A DNA stretch of 64,000 nt from Lama guanicoe (GCA_013239625.1 MU054098.1:558001-622000), one strand, 5' to 3'. Positions 25,160 to 40,614 are shown, numbered from the stretch's first letter. The notes: generated from the sequence alone by a model not told the origin. Made by a program: numbers and translations.

Positions 25160-28100
25160 AAATGGACAGAGACACCACTACTGGCATATGACTGCTGAGA
25201 ATACTGGGCACTAATTGCCTTTGCCCTGGCCTATAAGATTGTGGTTCCACAGCAGGAGAGGCAAGCCAAGAAGACTTGATGCTGTTGCCTATCCCTATCC
25301 AATAGCGTGGAGCTTCTAAAGTGGGAGGATTGATCATAGAGAAGCATATACCATTGTCTCTACCTCTACACAGGTAATGGCCCAGAGATTTTGCCTGGGA
25401 GAGAGCAGAGTAACTGGAAAAGAGGCAGTCGGGAGGACCCTGCTTAGACTCAGAACAAATCTCAAACACTGACCTCAGAACTACTACTGCAAAGGAGCCT
25501 AAATTTGATTGGATTAGTCCTTAGAGCAATTTGGGCCCCATGACCTTGTTGAAAGTAATATGGAAATCAGCAATTAGAGGAGCTTAACATCTGGATATGG
25601 CTAAAGGAAAGAGACAGTCAAAGAGATGCTTGCCAAAACCATTGTCACACAGGGTGACTTTGGACATACCAAAGGCCAAGTGTCCCTGAGAAGTAACATA
25701 AGAAGCGAAACACTGCAGGGGGAGAATAGACATCACTAAAGTAATCCAACCAATCACTACGTAAATTAAAAAGTAAATAACAATACAAGCCCTGGAGGTG
25801 GGGACAGGTACTGAGAGTTAGTACAATATATTATCTAAAATGTCTAGTTTCCAACAAAAAAAATCACAAGACCTGAAAAGAAACAAGAAAGCATGACCTA
25901 CATACTAGAATAAAGGCAGGCTAGAGAAAGTACTTTTGAGAGCAAAAAAGATGTACAATTTAACAAAGATTTCAAGACAGCTATTATAAATACATTTAAG
26001 GGATTAAGGAATACTTTTTAGAAAATCATGATCAAGAAAGAAAAGGGAGATATAGTAACAATGTATCATCAAGTAGAGAATACAACAGAGATAGAAAATT
26101 ATTCAAAAAAAGAAGCAAGTGGAAATTCTGGATTTGAAAAGTATAATAACTCAAATGTAAAAATCACTCAAAGGTCTCAACAGTAGATTTGAACTGGCAG
26201 AAGAAAGAATTAGTGAACTTTGAGATAAAATGATTATAATGATAAAAAGTATGCAAGGAAAAGAACCAATAGGAAACAGTGAAGAAAAATAAACTTCGTG
26301 TCAGACAATTGTGGGATATTATTAAATACTCTGAAATAAATACAGTGGAAATACCAGACTGATTGAAGAGAGAGAGAGATTTAGAGAAGGAATGGTTGAC
26401 CTCTTCTGCAAGGGGAAATGATGAACAGTGAGTGAATGTACCCAGATACTGTAGTTGTGACAGATGTGGCTGGAGAAACCTGTTTTTTTCCAGCAGCACC
26501 CAGAGTGAGGCAGGGCCTCCATGATTGGTGGGAGGAAACTGGGAAAAAAGCAAATAAAAATTCCAAAGGGCATTAAAGGAATTGCACAGGACGTCTACCC
26601 ATAAGCCTCTGGGAGTCTACCCATAACCACACCAGGGAATCACCTACTGGGCCTGTGGGCATCTCCAATAACCTGAGTGCTAAATCCACAAGCTTACCCA
26701 CTGTGGCCAACTCCTTGTGTGTGTGCCCATGTGCAGTGGTGAGGGCGAACTCTGGTGGATAGGAAGCAAGCTCAGAAATCAGGTCAAGATCTATGGGTAA
26801 GGTAGACATCACAAACTTGAGCTATAGTGCCACCTTCTGGAAAACAAAAGAGAGGTTTCCAATAGCAAGTCTGCTGAGTTGTAAGAACCAGGGAAGACAA
26901 AAGCTTAAGAATTCTGGCACAAGAGGGAGCAAGAAGACTGTGTCTTCATAAAAAGGCAAAGAAAACCTCAGATAATAACACCATTGAATAGAACACTCCA
27001 TCTGAAGGCATCTAGCAAAGATTTAAGAAGGTGCTGTTACCTCAAATGTGAAAACAGCAATGCAAAACTACAACAAACAGGAAAAAAAACAAGGAAATAC
27101 ATCTTTACACACAAAAAATTCCCCAATAACTGAGGTCTAAGGCAAGGAAGTTTGTCATATAGTTGATAAAAATTCAAAATGGCTGTTTTGAATAAATTCA
27201 ACTAGCTACAAGAAAGCTCAGAAAGACAATTCAACAAAATCTTGAAAAAATAAATGATCAAAATGAGATTTTAACAAAGAGATAGAAATTTTTTTTTAAA
27301 TCTGGAATTAAAGAACCCAATGAGTGAAATGAAGAAAGCAATAGAGAGCATCTACAGTAGAGCAGAGTGAATGGAAGACAACAAATACATGAATTAGAGG
27401 AGAAGAATTTTGAAACATCCCAGTAACAGGAACAGAAAAACAAAGAAAAAAATGAAAAAGTGTGAAGAAAGATTACATGATTTATAGTATTCAATAAAAA
27501 GTATAAATCTTAGAATAATTAGGGTTCCACAAGGAGAAAAGAGGGAGAAGGGAGCAGAAAATTAAAGAAATAATAACTGGGAACTTCCCAATCCTGGACA
27601 TTCAAGTTCATGAAGTGAATACATCGCCTCATTTTTTCAATATAAAAGTACGTTCTTTAGGACATTACAATGAAACTGTCAAAAATCAAAGATAAAGAAT
27701 TCTAAAAGCAACCAGAGAAGGAAGGATTGTAACCTACAAAAGACCCCCTCATGAGGCTATTAGCAGATTTCTCAGCAGAAACCCTGCATACCAAGAGAGA
27801 GTAGAAAGACATTTCAAAGCATTGAAAGAGAAAAATTGCCAGCCAAGGATACTCTATACAACAAAGTTATTCTTCAGATATGAAGGAGAAATACTTTCTT
27901 AGATGCTGAAAGAAGTTCTTCAAATGAAAATGAAACGATGCTAATCAGTGACATGAAACTGTATGAACGTATACAACACATCAGTAAAGATAAATATATA
28001 GGCAAAATTAGAAAACTCTAAATCTGTAATAAGACAGTGGATTAACCACTTTACTATAGTATTAAAGTCAAAGGAAAAGAGTATTAAAAATAATTACAGC

Positions 28101-31100
28101 CACTATAATGTGTTAACAAATACACAATATAGAAAAGTAAATAATGACATCAAAAATATAAAATGGGAGGAGTAAAAGGATGAAGCTATTGTAGATTATC
28201 AAAGTTAGGTTGCTATCAGCTTAAAATGGACAGTTTTATCTATGAAACACTGTAAGTCTCATGGTAGCCACAAGACAAAAATCTAGAAAAGATGGAGAAA
28301 AATGAAGGAGAAACAGAGCATACCACTATGGAAAATGACCAATTTACAAAGACAGGCAGAAACAGAGGGAAAAGGCAACAATGGAAATGCAAAACAACCA
28401 GAAAACAATAAGATGACATTATTAAGTCTCATATATCAATAATTAATCTATATGTAAATGGATTGAATTCAGCCATCAAAAGGTAAAGAATGGCTAGATG
28501 AAAATAAAACAAGATATATGTGTGTAAAATAAGTGACTCACTTCAGCTTTAAGGACACTCATAGACTCAAAGTGAAGAAATGTAAACAGGTATTTCATGC
28601 AAGTGGAAACCAAAAAAAAGTGGAGATAGCTATACTTATATCAGACAAAATAGACGTTAAGCCAAAAATGATAACAAGAGAAAAAGAAGGTCATATATAT
28701 ACTGATAACATCAGATGCCCTAAAGATATTAAGAAAATATTAACAGGTGTAAAGTGAGAAATAGACAATGATACAATAAAAGTAAGATACTTCAATACCC
28801 CATTTTCAGCAATGATTAGATCATCAGAAAATCTACAAGGAAATGATACACCTGAATCATACATTAGCCAAATAAACCTAATAGATATTTACAGAACATT
28901 CTATCCAACAGAAAGAGAATACACGTTCTCCCAAGAACGCATGGAACATTCTCCAGGATATATCATATGAAAGGTTACAAAATAAGTCTTAGCAAATTTA
29001 AGAAGATTAAGATCATACCAAGTATCATTTATGACCACAATGGTATGAAACCAGAAATCAACAAAAAGAGGAAAGTTGGAAAATCTACAAATATGTGGAA
29101 ATTAAACAACACATTTCAGAACAACCAATGGATTAAAGAAGAAATCAAAACGAGTATTAAAAAATATCTCAAAACAGATAAAAGTGGAAACACAGTATCC
29201 TAAAATTTATAAGATGCTACAAAAGTAGTTCTGAGAGGAAAATTTATAGCAATAAATTCTTAGTGGTGAAAGACCCATTCCCTTCCCCCTAAGATCAGAA
29301 ATAAGACAAGGCTGTCCATTCTGGCCACTTCTATTCATTGTTGCACTAGAGTTTCTAGAGAGGGCCATTAGTCAAGAAGATAAAATAAAAGACATCTACT
29401 TTGGAAATGAAGAAATATCTTTGTGTGCAGATGGCATGATCTTATATAAAGGAAATCACAAAGAATACACTAAAAATTAGTAAGTAGAGCTAATTAATGA
29501 CTTAGGAAGACCACGTGATACAAGATCAATATAAAAAATTTTATTATATTTCTATACACAAGCAATAAGCAATCCAATAAATGAAATTAAGAAAACAATG
29601 CAATTTATGATTGATAGCATTGAAAAGAATAAAATACTTAGGAATAAATTTAACAAAAGGAATCCAAAACTTTTAAATTGAAGAGTACAAAAATTGTTGA
29701 AAGAAAGTAAAGAATTTAAATGAATGGAAAAAAGCTCATCTCTATGGATCAGAAGATTTAAGATCGTTAAGGTGCCAATACTCCCCAAAGTGATCTAAAG
29801 AGTCAACACAAACCCTGTCCACATCCCGGCTGACTTCTTTGTGGAAATTGATAAGCCAATTATAAAATTTGCATGGACTTGCAAAGGACCAGAATAGCCA
29901 AAATAATCTTGAAACAGAAAAACGAATTATAACTTACACTTCCTGATTTTAAAACTTACTACAAAACAATGGTAATCAAGACCATGTGGTCCTGACATAA
30001 GAATAAACATATAGATCAGCAGAATAGAATTGACAGTCCATAAGTAAACCTATGTATCTATAATCACCTAATTTTCAACCAAGGTGCCAGGACCATTGCT
30101 ATGGTCTGAATGATTGTGTCCCTCTCAAAATTCATATGTTGAAATACCGAACCCAAAATCCCAAGGTACTATTAGGAAGTGGCCTTTAGGAAGTTATTAC
30201 GTCATGAACGTGGAGTGCTCATGAATGGGATTACAGCTGTATAAAAGAGATTGGAGAAAGCTCCCTTGCCTTTCTTTCATGTGAGGTTATAGTGAAAAAG
30301 TGGGCATCTAGGAAGTGGGGCTCCACCAGACAGTGCCATAATCTTGGACTTCCTAACCTCTAGAATTGTGAAAAACAAACATTTGCTGTTTATAAGCCCC
30401 CCCATTTATGGTATTTTGTTATAGTAGCCTAAAAAAGACTAAGACAACCATTCAACTGGGAAAAGTATAGTCTTTTTAAATGGTGCTGGAATAACTGGAT
30501 ATCAAAATGCAAAAGAAGGAAGTTGGACCCTTACTTTTCATCATTTACAAAAATTAACTCAAAATGGATCAAGGATCTAAATGTAAGAGCTAAAAAATAT
30601 ACAACTTTTAGAAGAAAACAGAGATACACCCTTATAATTCTAGATTTGACAATGTTCTATTAAATATGACACTAAGAGCAGAAGCAACAAAAGAAAAATA
30701 GATAAATTGAACTTCATCAAAATTAAAAAATTTTGTACTGCAAATGATGCCATCAAGAAAGTGAAAGGACAACTCACACAATGGTAGAAAATACTTACAA
30801 GTCATATGCCTTCTATATATGTTTTTAATCCAGAATATACAAAAATGCTTACAACTCAATAGTAGTAAAATCATCTATATTTGCAATAAGTAGTTAGGGG
30901 AATACACAAAACAAAAAGATGTAAAATATGATGCCAAAAACAGTAATTGTGGAGGAGGGGCATAAAGACGCAAGGCTGTTGCATCTTCTTAAATATATAT
31001 ATATAAATATATACAGAGAAAGAGAGAGAATTCCATCCAAAAGTAGCAGAATAAATATTCTTTTCAAGTGTACATGGAACATTCTCCAGGATAGATCATA

Positions 31101-34000
31101 TGCTAGGCTACAAAGAAGCCTCAATAAATTTAAGAAAATTGAAATCATATCAAGCATCTTATCTGACCACAATGTTAAGAGACTAGAAATCAACTACAAG
31201 AAATAAAACTGCAAAAAAACACAAACACGTGGAAGCTAAACAATGTGCTACTAAACAACCAATGAGTTACTAAAGAAATAAAAAATAAAAATAAAAAATG
31301 CCTAGAGACAAATAAAAACAAAAACATAACTATCCAAAATCTATGGGATCCAGCAAAAGCAGTTCTCAGAGGGAAGTTTATAGCAATACAAACCTACCTC
31401 AGGAAATTAAAAAAAATTTCAAATAAATGAGATAATCTTACATCTAAAGCAGCGAGAAAGAGAAATACAAACAAAACCCAGTTAGTAGAGGAAAGAAATA
31501 AAGATCAGAGCAGAAATAAATGAAATAAAGACTAAAAAAAATAGAACAGATTAATCAAACTAAGTGCTGATTCCTTAAAAGGACAAACAAAAGTGATAAA
31601 CCTTTAGCCAGACTTATCAAGAAAAAAAAAAAAGCCTATATCAATAAAATCAGAAATGAAAAGGAAGTCACAGAGATACAAAGATCTTAAGAGATTACTA
31701 CAAACAACTATATGCCAATAGAATGGACACTCTAGAAAAAATGGACAAATTCTTAGAAATGAACAATTTCCCAAGATTGAACCAGGAAGAAATAGAAGAG
31801 TTAACACCTATCCTTCTAAAACTATTCCAACAAATTACAGAGGAAAGAATGCTTCCAAATTCATTCTCTAAGCATCACCCAGATACAAAGATCAGACAAA
31901 GACCACAAAAAAAAAAAAAAAAGAAAATTACAGGCCAATAGCATTGATAAACATAGATGCAAAAATCCTCAACAAAATATTAGCACATTGAATCCAACAA
32001 TATTTTTAAAAGATCATACACCATGATCAAGTGGGATTTATCCCAGGAAAGCAAGGATGGTTCCATATCCACAAATCAATCTATGTGATATGCCACATTA
32101 ACAAACTGAAGAGTAAAAATCTTATGGTCCTCTAAATAGATGCAGAAAAAGTTTTTGACAAAATTCAACATCCCTTTATGATAAAAACGCTCCAGAAATT
32201 GAGTTATAGAGGAAACATAAGTCAACATACTAAGGACCATATATGATAACCCCACAGCTAAAATCATAATCAACCGTGAACAGCCAAAAGAATTTCCTTT
32301 AAAATCAGGTACAAGACAAGGATGCTCAATCTTGTCACTTTTATTCTACATAGTATTGAATGCCCTAAGCACAGCAATCAGACAAGAAAAAGAAATCAAA
32401 GATATCTAAATTAGAATGGAAAAAGTAAAACTGTCACTGTTTGAAGATGAGATGGTACTATACATAGAAAATCCTAAAGATGCCACCAATTAGTAGAGCT
32501 CATCAGTGACAATGGTAAAGTTGCAGAATACAAAATTAATATACAGAAATCTGTTACATTTCAGTATGCTAAGAGAAAACTGTCAGAAAGAGAAATTAAG
32601 AAAGCAATCCCATTTATAATAGCATTAAAAGAATAAAATACTTAGAAGTCTAACTAAGGATATAGAAGATTTGTACTTGGAAAACTATGAGACAGTGATT
32701 AACGAAATTGAAGAGGACAGAAACAGATGAAAAGTATATCATGTTCATGGACTGGAAGAATTAATATTGTTAACATGACCATACTACCCAAGGCAATCTA
32801 CAAATTCAATGCAATCTCTATCAAATTACCAATGGCATTTTTCACAGAATTAGAACAAATAATTTTAAAATTTCTATGGAAACACAAAAGACCCCAAATA
32901 GCCAAAACAATTTTGAAAAAGAAGAACAAAGCTGGAAGTATCAAGCTCCCTGATTTCTAAGTGCACTACAAAGCTACAGTAATCAAAACAGTATGGTACT
33001 GACCCCAAAAAGACATAGAGATCAATGGAACAGAATACAGAGCCTAATAAGAAACTATCATATTTATGGTCAGTTAATCTGTAACATATTAGGCAAGGAT
33101 ATACAATGGGAAAAAGACAATCTTTTCAATAAATGGTATTAGGAAAACTAGACAGCTACATATAAAAGTGAAATTTGACATTTTCTCACACCTTGGATTA
33201 AAGTGGATTAAATACTTAAATGTAAGTTCTGAAAACATAAAACTCCTAGAGAGCATAGTTAGACATATATTGTTTGACATATATGACATAAATATATATG
33301 ACATAGTTTGACATATATTGTACCAATTTTTGGATCTGTCTCATAAGGCAAAAGAAACAAGAGCTAAAGAAACATGGCACTTAATTAAACTTAAGAGCTT
33401 TTTCACAGCCCAGTACACTTTTCATTGACAAAGTGAAAGGCAACCTAATGGTAGAAAATATTTCCAAATGATATGTTTGATAAGGGCTTAAGATCAAAAA
33501 TATACAAACATGCATACAATTTAGTATTGAAAAGAAAACAACCCAATTAAAAAATAGAAGACTTGAATAAACATTTTTCCAAGGAAGACTTAGAGGTGGC
33601 CAACAGTCACATGAAAAGATGTTCAACATTGCTAATCATCAGGGAAATGCAAATCAAACCACAATGCGATATCACCTCACACCTTTCCAAATGGTTATTA
33701 TAAAATAGGCCACAAATTACAAATTTTGGAGAGTATATGGAGAAACGGGAACCTCTGTACATTGTTGGTGGGAATGCAAATTGGTACAGTTATTGTGGAA
33801 AACAATATGGAGATTCCCCCCAAAACTAAAAATAGGACTACCATGTGATCAAAAATCCATTGCTGGGTACTTACTTGAAGAAAATGAAAACATAAATTTC
33901 AAAAGATAGGTGCACACCAATGTTCTTAACAGCATTATGTACAATAGCTAAGATATGGAAGCAACCTAAGTGTCCATCAACAGATGAATGAATGAAGATG

Positions 34001-34036
<36 letters not shown>

Positions 34037-37000
34037 GCAAAAGAATATTACTCAGCCATAAAAAAGAATGAATTTTTGCCATTTATAACAATATGGATGG
34101 ACCTGGATGGTATTATGCTTAGGGAAGTAATTTGATAGAGAAAGAGAAATACCATATGCTATCATCTATATGTGGTATCTAAAAAGTAAAATAAACAAAT
34201 GAATATAACAAAACAAAAAGAGACTCACACACAGATATAGAGAACAAACCAATGGTTACCAGTAGAGAGAGGGAAGTGGGGAGGGGCAACACAGGGGTAG
34301 AGGACTGAGAGGTGAAATCTACTATGTATAAAATATATAAGCTAAAAGGATATATTTTAGAGCACAGGGAATACAGTCAATATTTTCTAATAATTTTAAA
34401 TGGAGTATAATGTATAAAAAATTTGAATCACTCTGTTGTACATCTGAAACTAATATAATATTATAAATCAACTATATCACAATAAAAATAAATACATAAA
34501 TAAATACAGTATGACATAACTGCAGTTGTTGAATCTGTGGATGCAGAACCGTAGGTATGGAGTGTCAATTGTAAAGTTATACATGGGTTGACTCTGCAGT
34601 GTTTGGTACCTCTAAACCCTATGATGTTCAAAGGTCATCTATACTAACAAACTGAATTCAACTGCACATTAAAAGGAAAATCCACCATGATTAAGTGGGA
34701 TGCAAAGTTGGTTGAAAATACACAAATTAATAAGTGTGATATACCATATTAATATAATGAAAGATAAAAATTATATGATCTCCATAGATGTAAAAATAAT
34801 CTTTTTACAAAATTCAAAATTCTTTCATGATAAAACTCCCAACAAATTGTGTATAGAAGAAATGTATCTCAACATAACAAAGTCCATATATGACAAGTCT
34901 AGAGCTAACATAATACTTAATGGTGAAAGGTTTAAATATTTTCCTGTAAGGTCAGGAATAAGTCAAAGGTGCCCACTCTCACTACTCATATTCAACATAG
35001 TGCTGGGAGCCCTAGCCAGAGCAATTAGACAAGAAAAAGAAAGAAAAGGCATCCAAATTGAAAAAGAAGAAGTAAAATTGTCTCTGTTTACAGATGCAGA
35101 TTGTATACATAAAAAATTCTAAAGACTACCAAAAAATTATTAGAACAAATAAACTAATTTAATAATGTTTCAGGATACAATATCAATGTAGAGAAATCAG
35201 TTGCATTTCTCTACACTAAGAACAATCTACTTGAAAAAGAAATAAAGAAAACAATGCCATTTATAATAATATCAAAACAATAAAATACTTAAAAATACAT
35301 TTAGCTAAGTTGGTGAAAGATCTGTACCCTGTACACTTTGGTGAAAGAAATTGAAGGAGACAGAAGTACATGAAAAGATATCCCATGTTCATGGATCAGA
35401 AGCATTATTTTTGTTAAAATGCTCATGCTACTCTCATCCATCTATATATTCAATATAATCTCTAACAAAATTTCAATGACATTTTTCACAAAAATGGAAA
35501 AAAACAATCCTAAAATTTGTAAGGAACCACAAAAGGCCCCAAATAGCCAAAGCCATCTTGAGAAAGAAAAACAGATTTGGAGGCATATTGCTTACTGATT
35601 TCAAACTGTACTACAAATCTATAATAATCAAAAGAGTATGGTACTGGCTTAAAAACAGACACATATACTAATGGAACAGAATCAAGAGCCCAGAAATAAA
35701 CTCATGCACATAAACAACTAATATTTGACAAGAGAGCCAATGTAGTCTCTTAAAAAAGTGATGTTGGGGAAACTGGATATTCATATGCAGGAGAATAAAT
35801 TTGTATCCTTGTCTTATACCACTTACACAAATTAACTTGAAATGGATTAAAGACTTAAATGTAAGACCTAAACTTGTAAGATTCACTGAGGAAAATGTTG
35901 GGAAAATACTCAACGTTGCTCTTGGCAAAGATTTTTTGGATATGACCACAAAAGCACAAACAACAAAAACAGAAATAAATAAGTAGGACTATCTACATCA
36001 AGCTAAAAAAGCTTCTGGGCAGCAAAGGAAACAATCCACAGGGTAAAAAGACAATCTATAAGGTGGGAAAAAATATTTGTAAACTGTATAGCTGATAAAG
36101 GTTAATATCCAAAATATATAAGGAATTTATACAAATCAACAGCAAAAAAACCAATAACCCTCAATAAAAAAAATGTTAAAAAGAACCCCAATAACCCAGT
36201 TAAAAAATGGATTAAGAAAGATGTTACCATGGGGAAAACTGGGGACAGAGTAAATATGATCTCTCCATCTTGTTTCCTAGAATCCCATGTGAATCTACAA
36301 TTATTTCAAAATAAAAAAACTTACTTAAAATGTTTTAAATATGGGCAGAGGACTTGAACAGACATTTTTCCAAAGAAGACACATAAATATACTTTTTCAG
36401 GTACATGAAAAAGTGGTCAACATCACTAATCATCAGAGAAATGCAAATCAAAACTACAATGAGATATCACCTCACTCCTGTTAAAATGGCTATTGTTAAA
36501 AAAAAAAAAGAGAAATATCAAGCATTGGTGAAGATGTTTAAAAAAAGGAACCTGGCTGCACTGTTGTGGGAATGTAAGTTGGTGCAGCCATTATGGAAAA
36601 TAGTCTGGAGAGTTAAATTAAAAATGGAATTACCACATGATCCAGCAATCCCACTTTAGAGTATGTATCAAAAGGAAATCACTATTTTGAAGATACTTGC
36701 ACTCTTATGATCATTGCAGTATTATTCACAGTAGCCAAGCTGTGGAAACAACCTAAGTGTTTTTTGGTGGATGAATGGATAAAGATGATGTGATATATAC
36801 AACGGAATATTATTCAGCATTTAAGAAGAAGGAAATATTGTCATTTCTAACAACAGGGATGAACCTTGAGGGCATTAAACTAATTGAAATAAGTCAGATA
36901 GAGAAATACAAATACTATATGACCTCACTTATATCTAAAAAAAGCAAAAGTCATAGAACCAAAGAATACACTGGCGGTTTCCAGATGCCAGGGAGTGGGG

Positions 37001-38560
37001 AAATTGGGAGATGTTGGTCAAAGGGTATAAACTTCCAGTTATAAAGTGATAAGTTCTGGAGATCTAATGCACACCATGGTGGCCATAGTTAACAATACTT
37101 ATTGTATATTTGAAAGTTGCTAACAGAGTAAATCATATTCTCACTACACATACACACAAAAAGTAGCTATGTGAGGTGATGGATGAAAAAAATAATGAAA
37201 ATAAAGAGCACTTGAACAACACTATCAACCAACATGTACAATTGATATGTTGGGAATAATCCAAAGATTGTAGAATACATTTTTTCCAAAGTCAAACAGA
37301 ACATTTAGCAATGTAAGCCATACTGTTCACTTTAACAACAATCAATTATTTTTATGAGTTAAAATAATGTAAAATATGTTTCTGATGATAATGTCATAAA
37401 ATTAAAATCTATATCAGGAATATTGTTTTTTTCCTACTAGCTTTTATGAATTATCAGTTGATTAATTTTTCTAGATTTATTGACATAATTTATATGTGAC
37501 ACTTTGTAAGTTTAAGGTGTTCAACATGATAATTGATATATGTTTATATTGTGAAATAATTACCATAATAAGGTTAGTTAACACATCCATCACTTCTTAG
37601 TAAAAAAATCAAAAAGAATTTACAGTAAAGTTACCATAAACATTAAACTTTGAAATATAAAATCAATTGTATTTGTGTGCAATAGGAATGAACAATATGA
37701 TACTGAAATTCAAAAAGAAACTAAGGATAAAAATCAGGGAAATATATTTTTTTAAATATGTGCAATGCTACATATGTTGTGTGCCACAAAACAATGCTAA
37801 CAGATATTAAATATACTATGTTCAGGGATCGAATCAGATTATTCAACATTGTTAAGATGTCAACTGTCCTCACATTGATTCATAGATTTAACGCAATCTC
37901 ATTGAAAACTCCACTGTATTTTTTGGTAGAAATTTACTATGTAATTCTATGATTTATATGGAAATGCAAAGGACCTACAATATCCAAAATAGTTTTGAAA
38001 AGAAGAATAAATTGAGTGAATTCATATTATATAATTTCAACACTTACTATAGCTACATTAGTTAAGACACTATGAAACTAGCATAAATATAAACATATTG
38101 ATTACTTGAGCAGAATAGATAGTCCATAAATAGACTAAAACACATATAATCTAGTTGATTTTTGACACAGGTGATATAACAATTCAATAGAGGAAGAATA
38201 ATCTTTTCAATAAATTGTGCTGAAAAATGAACCTCATCACTTGTCTCACACTGTATACAATTTTAAACTTTAAATGAGAATAGATGAAAAAATCCTAACT
38301 AAAATACTACCCAAAAAATTCAGTAATATAGAAAAAAAGAAAGACTCCTTTACTAAGTGGGATTTATTCTAGGAATTACAATTAAAAAATTTATATAATT
38401 TACCATGGTAACAGGAAAAGGGGAGAAATAAATCCCATAATCATCACAATGGTAGATGCATAAAAAGAATTTGATAAAATTCACATCTGTTTATGATAAA
38501 AGTCTCAGCAAATTAGAATAAAAGGGAAAATAGCAACCCCAAATGACCCCGGTTAAAGGG
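25160..38560 (+). mobile_element. Nested LINE-1 stack (several decayed copies; 5'UTR/ORF1/ORF2 pieces; 3' ends near 34500 and 37190)
   Basis: ORF-track fragments with L1 ORF2 motifs: AILISDKID (28533), WKLNNT (28967), MDKFLE..PRLNQEEIE (31723), [10 protein letters not shown] (32727), [12 protein letters not shown] (34700), [18 protein letters not shown] (36405). Confidence 0.95.
30097..30446 (+). mobile_element. MaLR solo LTR (MLT1A-like) inserted in L1 ORF2
   Basis: TGCTATGGTCTGAATG...GACTAAGACA with a perfect 5-bp TSD ACCAT. Confidence 0.92.
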
Positions 38561-38701
38561 GAAGATAAATCCCATAATCATCACAATGGTAGATGCATAA
38601 AAAGAATTTGATAAAATTCACATCTGTTTATGATAAAAGTCTCAGCAAATTAGAATAAAAGGGAAAATAGCAACCCCAAATGACCCCGGTTAAAGGGGAA
38701 G
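38428..38701 (+). repeat. Perfect 137-bp tandem duplication
   Basis: 38428-38564 is repeated at 38565-38701. Confidence 0.97.
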
Positions 38702-39560
38702 AGTGAGGCAACATGCAAAATCAAGATGATTAGGAAATCAAACAAGTCATGAAACAAGGCACAGAGAAAATGATAGAAAAGCAATATTTGAAGAAATACT
38801 CTGAGTAATTGAGCATGGAGATTTGGAGAAGAATCTTTAGTTCTTATTGTCATGTGTGAACCCAGCTCACTTAGAGAAGTGAAGATGTGTCTTGGATATG
38901 GTAAGAACCATCTCTTCCACATAGATAGGAGAGAAGGAGGTGTGGATGCATGAACGATTAACAACAAAGGCTTAAACTAAGAAAGCAACTGAGGGAATGA
39001 AAAAACTAGAATGTGAGAAATATTAAGAACAAGTTGTGTTGATTGGCTATGAGGGAGAAAGAGAGACTCTAAAATGATTCTCAGGTTTTTTTGGGGGTAT
39101 GTGGGAGATGCTGTTGCTTTGAGAACACACTTGAGAAACAAAAATGTAGGAAGAGGGGAAAATGGAGATGGGAGAAAGGTGATGAGTACAATCTTGGTGA
39201 GATGTCAGTTGAAATATAAATCCAACATTCATCTCTAGACCTCTATACAGCTTAAACTAGAGAAAAGACAGATAATCTGGATAGAAATAGAAATATTTAT
39301 TTGAGAGTCATCAGTAGATAGATTTTAAGTTATTTCTGTGGATGAAGTAAGCTAGGAAAACTGTATAAGCAATTAGAAAGGACAGAATGCTGGGAAGAGC
39401 GAGGGTAAAGCAAAATATGAAGAAATTGAATAAGAGCAGACAGAAAGATGGAAGAAGAGAAAACCAAATAAAACAACGTCATAGCATGCAGAGGAAGAGA
39501 CAATTATGAGGAAAACATCTTTCACTCTCAAATGCCACAGAGGGAGCTAGAGTTGGAAAC

Positions 39561-40455
39561 ATAGCTCTTAAAATTTGGTCCATGGATACCTGGGTGTCTC
39601 TAAGACAATTTCAATGGTTTCATGAGTTCAAAACTACTTCTATAATAATATTAATGTTTTATTTGCTGTTTTTACTTTACATGGTGCAAAGTAATGGTGA
39701 GTAAAACCGCGGGTTCCTTAGCATAAATCAAGCTAGTGACGACAAATTGTACAAGTTGTCCTTGTGCTGTTTACCACCACACATTTTCAGGGGAAAAAAA
39801 GGTCAATTTTAGTTAAGAATGTCCTTGAAGAAGCAGTTAAAAATATTAATTTAATTAAAATTTGACCCTTTCAATAATCTGTGTGATGAAATGGGAGTAT
39901 ACATTGAGCACTTCTGACATAAGATGGTTGCTTTGCGGAAAAGCACTTATGGAATTGTTAGAGTGGGGAGATGAACTAGCCATATTTTTCATGGAATAAC
40001 ATTTATATTTGAAGAATGACTGTCAGACACACTAGGGTTATTCATACTTGGATAAGTGGCAGATATTTTCCCAGAGATGGATGAGTTGCATCTGTCACGT
40101 TGAGGGAAAAACAGATGGTATTTGCTGCTAATGATAAAATTTTAGCTTTCAGGTGAATATTAGAATTTTGGGAAACTTGTATCTGCCTTGGAAAGCTTGA
40201 TACTTTCCCTATATTTAGAGACTTTTCTGATAAGATTGGTAAGGATTATTAGGTATTGTACTAACATTTGAAAAATTTGCACAACTCAGTGAACCAATAT
40301 TTTCCAAAATACCTATGCTTGATGTTACAAAATCTCTATGTGGAAGAGATGGTTCTTACCAAACATGGATAAAGTATAAGCAAACGTTCTTTGGCGTCTT
40401 CAATAATGTTTAAGTGTGTAAAGGGATCCTGAGACCAAATAGTTTGATAACTGAC
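39561..40455. mobile_element. hAT-Charlie-type DNA transposon relic
   Basis: Ends resemble the 17837 element (GGTCCATGGA...CCTGGG; GGGATCCTGAGACCAAA..AGTTTGA). The interior reads like Charlie transposase ('cagtgaaccaatattttccaaa'). Confidence 0.7.
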
Positions 40456-40483
40456 AAATTAAACAATTAAGAAGTCACTAATG

Positions 40484-40614
40484 GGAGTGTGTGTGGCTCA
40501 GTGGTAAAGCTCATGCTTAGCATGCACAAGGTCCTGGGTTCAATCCCCACTACTGCCATTAAAAAAAAAGATAATAACAATAGTAATTAATAAATAAATC
40601 TTAATTACCCCTTC
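40484..40614 (+). mobile_element. tRNA-derived SINE (vic-1-like)
   Basis: GCTCAGTGGTA A box, GGTTCAATCC B box; imperfect TSD AAG(T)CACTAATG / AAGTTACTAATG. Confidence 0.88.

Noticed and set aside
28533..37044. Many ORFs with endonuclease/RT motifs
   Set aside because: Short fragments of dead L1 copies; no intact ORF1 or ORF2.
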